Origin: Chlamydiales bacterium | GTDB taxonomy: Bacteria > Chlamydiota > Chlamydiia > Chlamydiales > JBDQID01 | DNA: 27,795 nucleotides | Reading direction: 5' to 3' | Assembly (NCBI GenBank): GCA_047611865.1 | Contig: JBLFWS010000027.1 | Location: 1 to 27,795 of the forward strand | Shown here: piece after piece, positions 26,501 to 27,795 of the stretch | Numbering within the stretch: the stretch's first letter is position 1 | Layout of the letters: every line of letters starts with the position of its first letter | The notes under the pieces: model-generated | Seen by the model: the letters and a program-made list of their open reading frames with translations, nothing else | Databases searched by the model: none | What the model was told of the DNA's origin: nothing | Program-made: the position numbers and the translations under genes

Positions 26501-27795
26501 TTCAAATTCATAGGATATGTAATTTAACGGATTTCCTTGCGCATCTATGATCGCTATGTGGAGATGATCAGCGGATTGTAGAGAGCCGTCATTAGTGTAG
26601 ACTACATTACCTAGTTCAAGGTCTGATGTAGTGAACCCCTCGGGTCCAGTGACTTCGACTCCGGAAATTTTGATAGAGCCATGATGTGGTGGTCCACTAA
26701 GCACGAATAGGAGCTGATCTGATGGCAATTCTTGCTGATATGCGTGGAAATCATCGGAGCTTAGTGTGATATAGGATCCGATTTCCACACTTGATTTGTA
26801 TATTAGTTCAGCGGGGTCGACGACTGTTGTAGTGTCAACAATAGGCTCTTCGACAGGGTCAGGGGTGGTAGTGTCATCAACAATAGGTGCAGGAGTGATT
26901 TCAAAGTCATAATCATCGGAAGAAATAAGGGTTCCAGAAGTATCGGAGGTGGTGAAATGGAAGTGGTCTGATGTAGTGTCACTACTGTTATGACTGTAAC
27001 TGATGATGCCTTCTGCAAGTTCGGTGATGGTAAATGAGTCTCCCGCCTGCATGGCAGTGTCTCTATTTATGAGTACGCCATTATGAGGTATTCCGGAGAG
27101 GCTATATACGAGTTGATCTTGAGCAATATTTATAGTGGTGTTTGCTAAGTCTTCTACGGAGAGTGTAACGGATTGCCCTGTATAGACAGTGGATAAGAAT
27201 TCAGAAGGTGTTGTGCTGTTGGTATGTTCGTGGCTCTCATCGATAACAGGCTCTTCTACGGGATCAGGGGTCGTCGTGTCATCAGTAACGGGAGCAGGAG
27301 TGATTTCAAGGTCGTAATCATCGGAAGAGAGGAGGGTACCAGAGGTATCGGCGGTGGTGAAGTGGAAGTGGTCTGATGTAGTGTCACTACTGTTATGACT
27401 GTAACTGATGATGCCTTCTGCAAGTTCGGTGATGGTAAACGAGTCTCCCTCCTGCATCGCAGTGTCTCTATTTATGAGTACGCCATTGTGAGGGAGTCCG
27501 GAGAGACTATATACGAGTTGATCTTGAGCAATATCTATGGTGGCGTTTGCTAAATTTTCTACAGAAAGTGTGACGGATTGTCCTGTATAGACAGTAGATA
27601 AGAATTCAGAAGGTGTTGTTCCGTCGGTATGTTCGTGGCTCTCATCGATAACAGGTTCTTCTACGGGATCAGGGGTAGTCGTGTCTGTAACAGGTTCTTC
27701 TACGGGGTCAGGGGTAGTCGTGTCTGTAACAGGTTCTTCTATGGTGTCATCAGTAACGGGAGCAGGAGTGATTTCAAGGTCGTAATCATCGGAAG
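23576..27795 (-). CDS. Giant CSPG/cadherin-like repeat surface protein (5' end beyond window)
   Basis: The frame stays open from the window edge, so the track's ATG 27457 is internal. Nine complete and one partial ~115-aa repeats (LxEG..D.D...LxY....PxHG.L...FTQ.D....ISY.H.GSE..D.FxFxVxD...PVNDAP), then a ~290-aa low-complexity tail. Confidence 0.92.
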   Translation of the reverse strand, partial: SDDYDLEITPAPVTDDTIEEPVTDTTTPDPVEEPVTDTTTPDPVEEPVIDESHEHTDGTTPSEFLSTVYTGQSVTLSVENLANATIDIAQDQLVYSLSGLPHNGVLINRDTAMQEGDSFTITELAEGIISYSHNSSDTTSDHFHFTTADTSGTLLSSDDYDLEITPAPVTDDTTTPDPVEEPVIDESHEHTNSTTPSEFLSTVYTGQSVTLSVEDLANTTINIAQDQLVYSLSGIPHNGVLINRDTAMQAGDSFTITELAEGIISYSHNSSDTTSDHFHFTTSDTSGTLISSDDYDFEITPAPIVDDTTTPDPVEEPIVDTTTVVDPAELIYKSSVEIGSYITLSSDDFHAYQQELPSDQLLFVLSGPPHHGSIKISGVEVTGPEGFTTSDLELGNVVYTNDGSLQSADHLHIAIIDAQGNPLNYISYEFELYTGAGSPAPIVYESTLDEGASISLTSDNLHVHEQAVPAEDVVYMLTGNAHSGNLMVNGSIMDKYDTFSYSTLEAGLISYQHDGSENTTDHFHFHAYDYSGNFLLATEYNFIINPVNDAPIPDHNNPLAVFEGESVGITNERFNVIDPDTSPEDLVYKILEAPDNGHLENAGTALGLNDTFTQADVNNNTISYVHNGSETTDDTFVFNVTDDGGNSTPSRLYHVSIYPVNDDPIHDHHGTIEVLEGEEVVFDEILLHIVDRDTPEEQLVYSILEAPTYGSLVKNGIALTKNRTFTQAEIRAGLVSYKHSGSEGNKDQFTFKVTDPDGGETPEKTYIIDVISVNDAPDPHHHNPLVLDEGASAGLGNDKLNVIDPDTPADQLIYSFNGMPSHGMLKLGEIALTLSDTFTQQDVNNNLISYVHSGNESTHDTFRFVVTDDAGNVTVERLYNININPLNDGPTNIMVSAFTLDEGATQTLKETHLSSSDVDNDNLALEYTIQGLPTHGTLKRNGVSLNAGSSFTQQDINSGLITYEHGGGEGNVDVFTFVVIDNAGGTTSQKTFNIEVRPFNDSPIFIELNTLTLNEGASSTIDKALLEALDADDSATSLVYTLDGLPKHGQLRLNGNDLHPGDSITQDDINKGRLSYNHDDSDTISDSFSFTIVDSSGSAPQSKTFNIEIRPIDDLPIAVNIDSGILAEEVQTPLKKVEDTPDESTKILQDIQNSTEVSSPADTISEEIVHAVQSSSDIAHSQTETSSQDLAAEASENLSTFDILEEGSTTVLLRGETTGVNNDEDEVEVKAPSTEAPAPQESPKTTPVQTIEEISPEGKLDTTEDVQETNIDNEQTRASIIASRGSPISKSPSEAPPKVTPGKTPIHRASSVTKAMQHMSKGTGTNFFHGMTTQEMDPTKTKTNEAFYKVSKTLGKHKSAIDKSQDDRQERSGGLSADITPDPQDETTKETSSFFRNFFNNWFSR
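26845..27795. repeat. Near-identical intragenic tandem units (405 and 468 bp spacing) with nested 39-bp linker repeats
   Basis: GCAGGAGTGATTTCAA at 26889, 27294 and 27762. The 39-bp unit encoding EEPVTDTTTPDPV is repeated at ~27650-27740. Confidence 0.9.

Noticed and set aside
27455..27457. ATG 27457 as the start of the adhesin
   Set aside because: The frame is open to the window edge and this Met is internal to a repeat unit.

Overview
Bacterial genomic window with three parts. (1) The left end and transposase start of an IS481-family element (1-195) abut a REP-like repeat. (2) A minus-strand tyrosine/homogentisate catabolic cluster runs in exact pathway order: PLP aminotransferase, hppD, hmgA, an unknown 315-aa gene, fahA. 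It has no recognisable maleylacetoacetate isomerase, and the unknown gene occupies that slot. A divergent bubblegum (ACSBG)-like acyl-CoA ligase, a small FAH-family gene, a repeat-bracketed AT-rich islet and ORFans follow. (3) A minus-strand secretion locus contains a giant CSPG/cadherin-like repeat protein (running off the right edge), a PrnA-type flavin-dependent halogenase, a TolC-type lipoprotein with a ~1500-aa acidic repeat tail, and two membrane-fusion proteins. No ABC or RND transporter lies in the window. Intergenic spaces carry several REP-like families and 9-10 bp tandem repeats. The eukaryote-like enzyme and effector-like ORFans hint at a host-associated lineage (possibly environmental Chlamydiota), but this is a weak inference. 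All calls come from reading motifs by eye; no searches were run.
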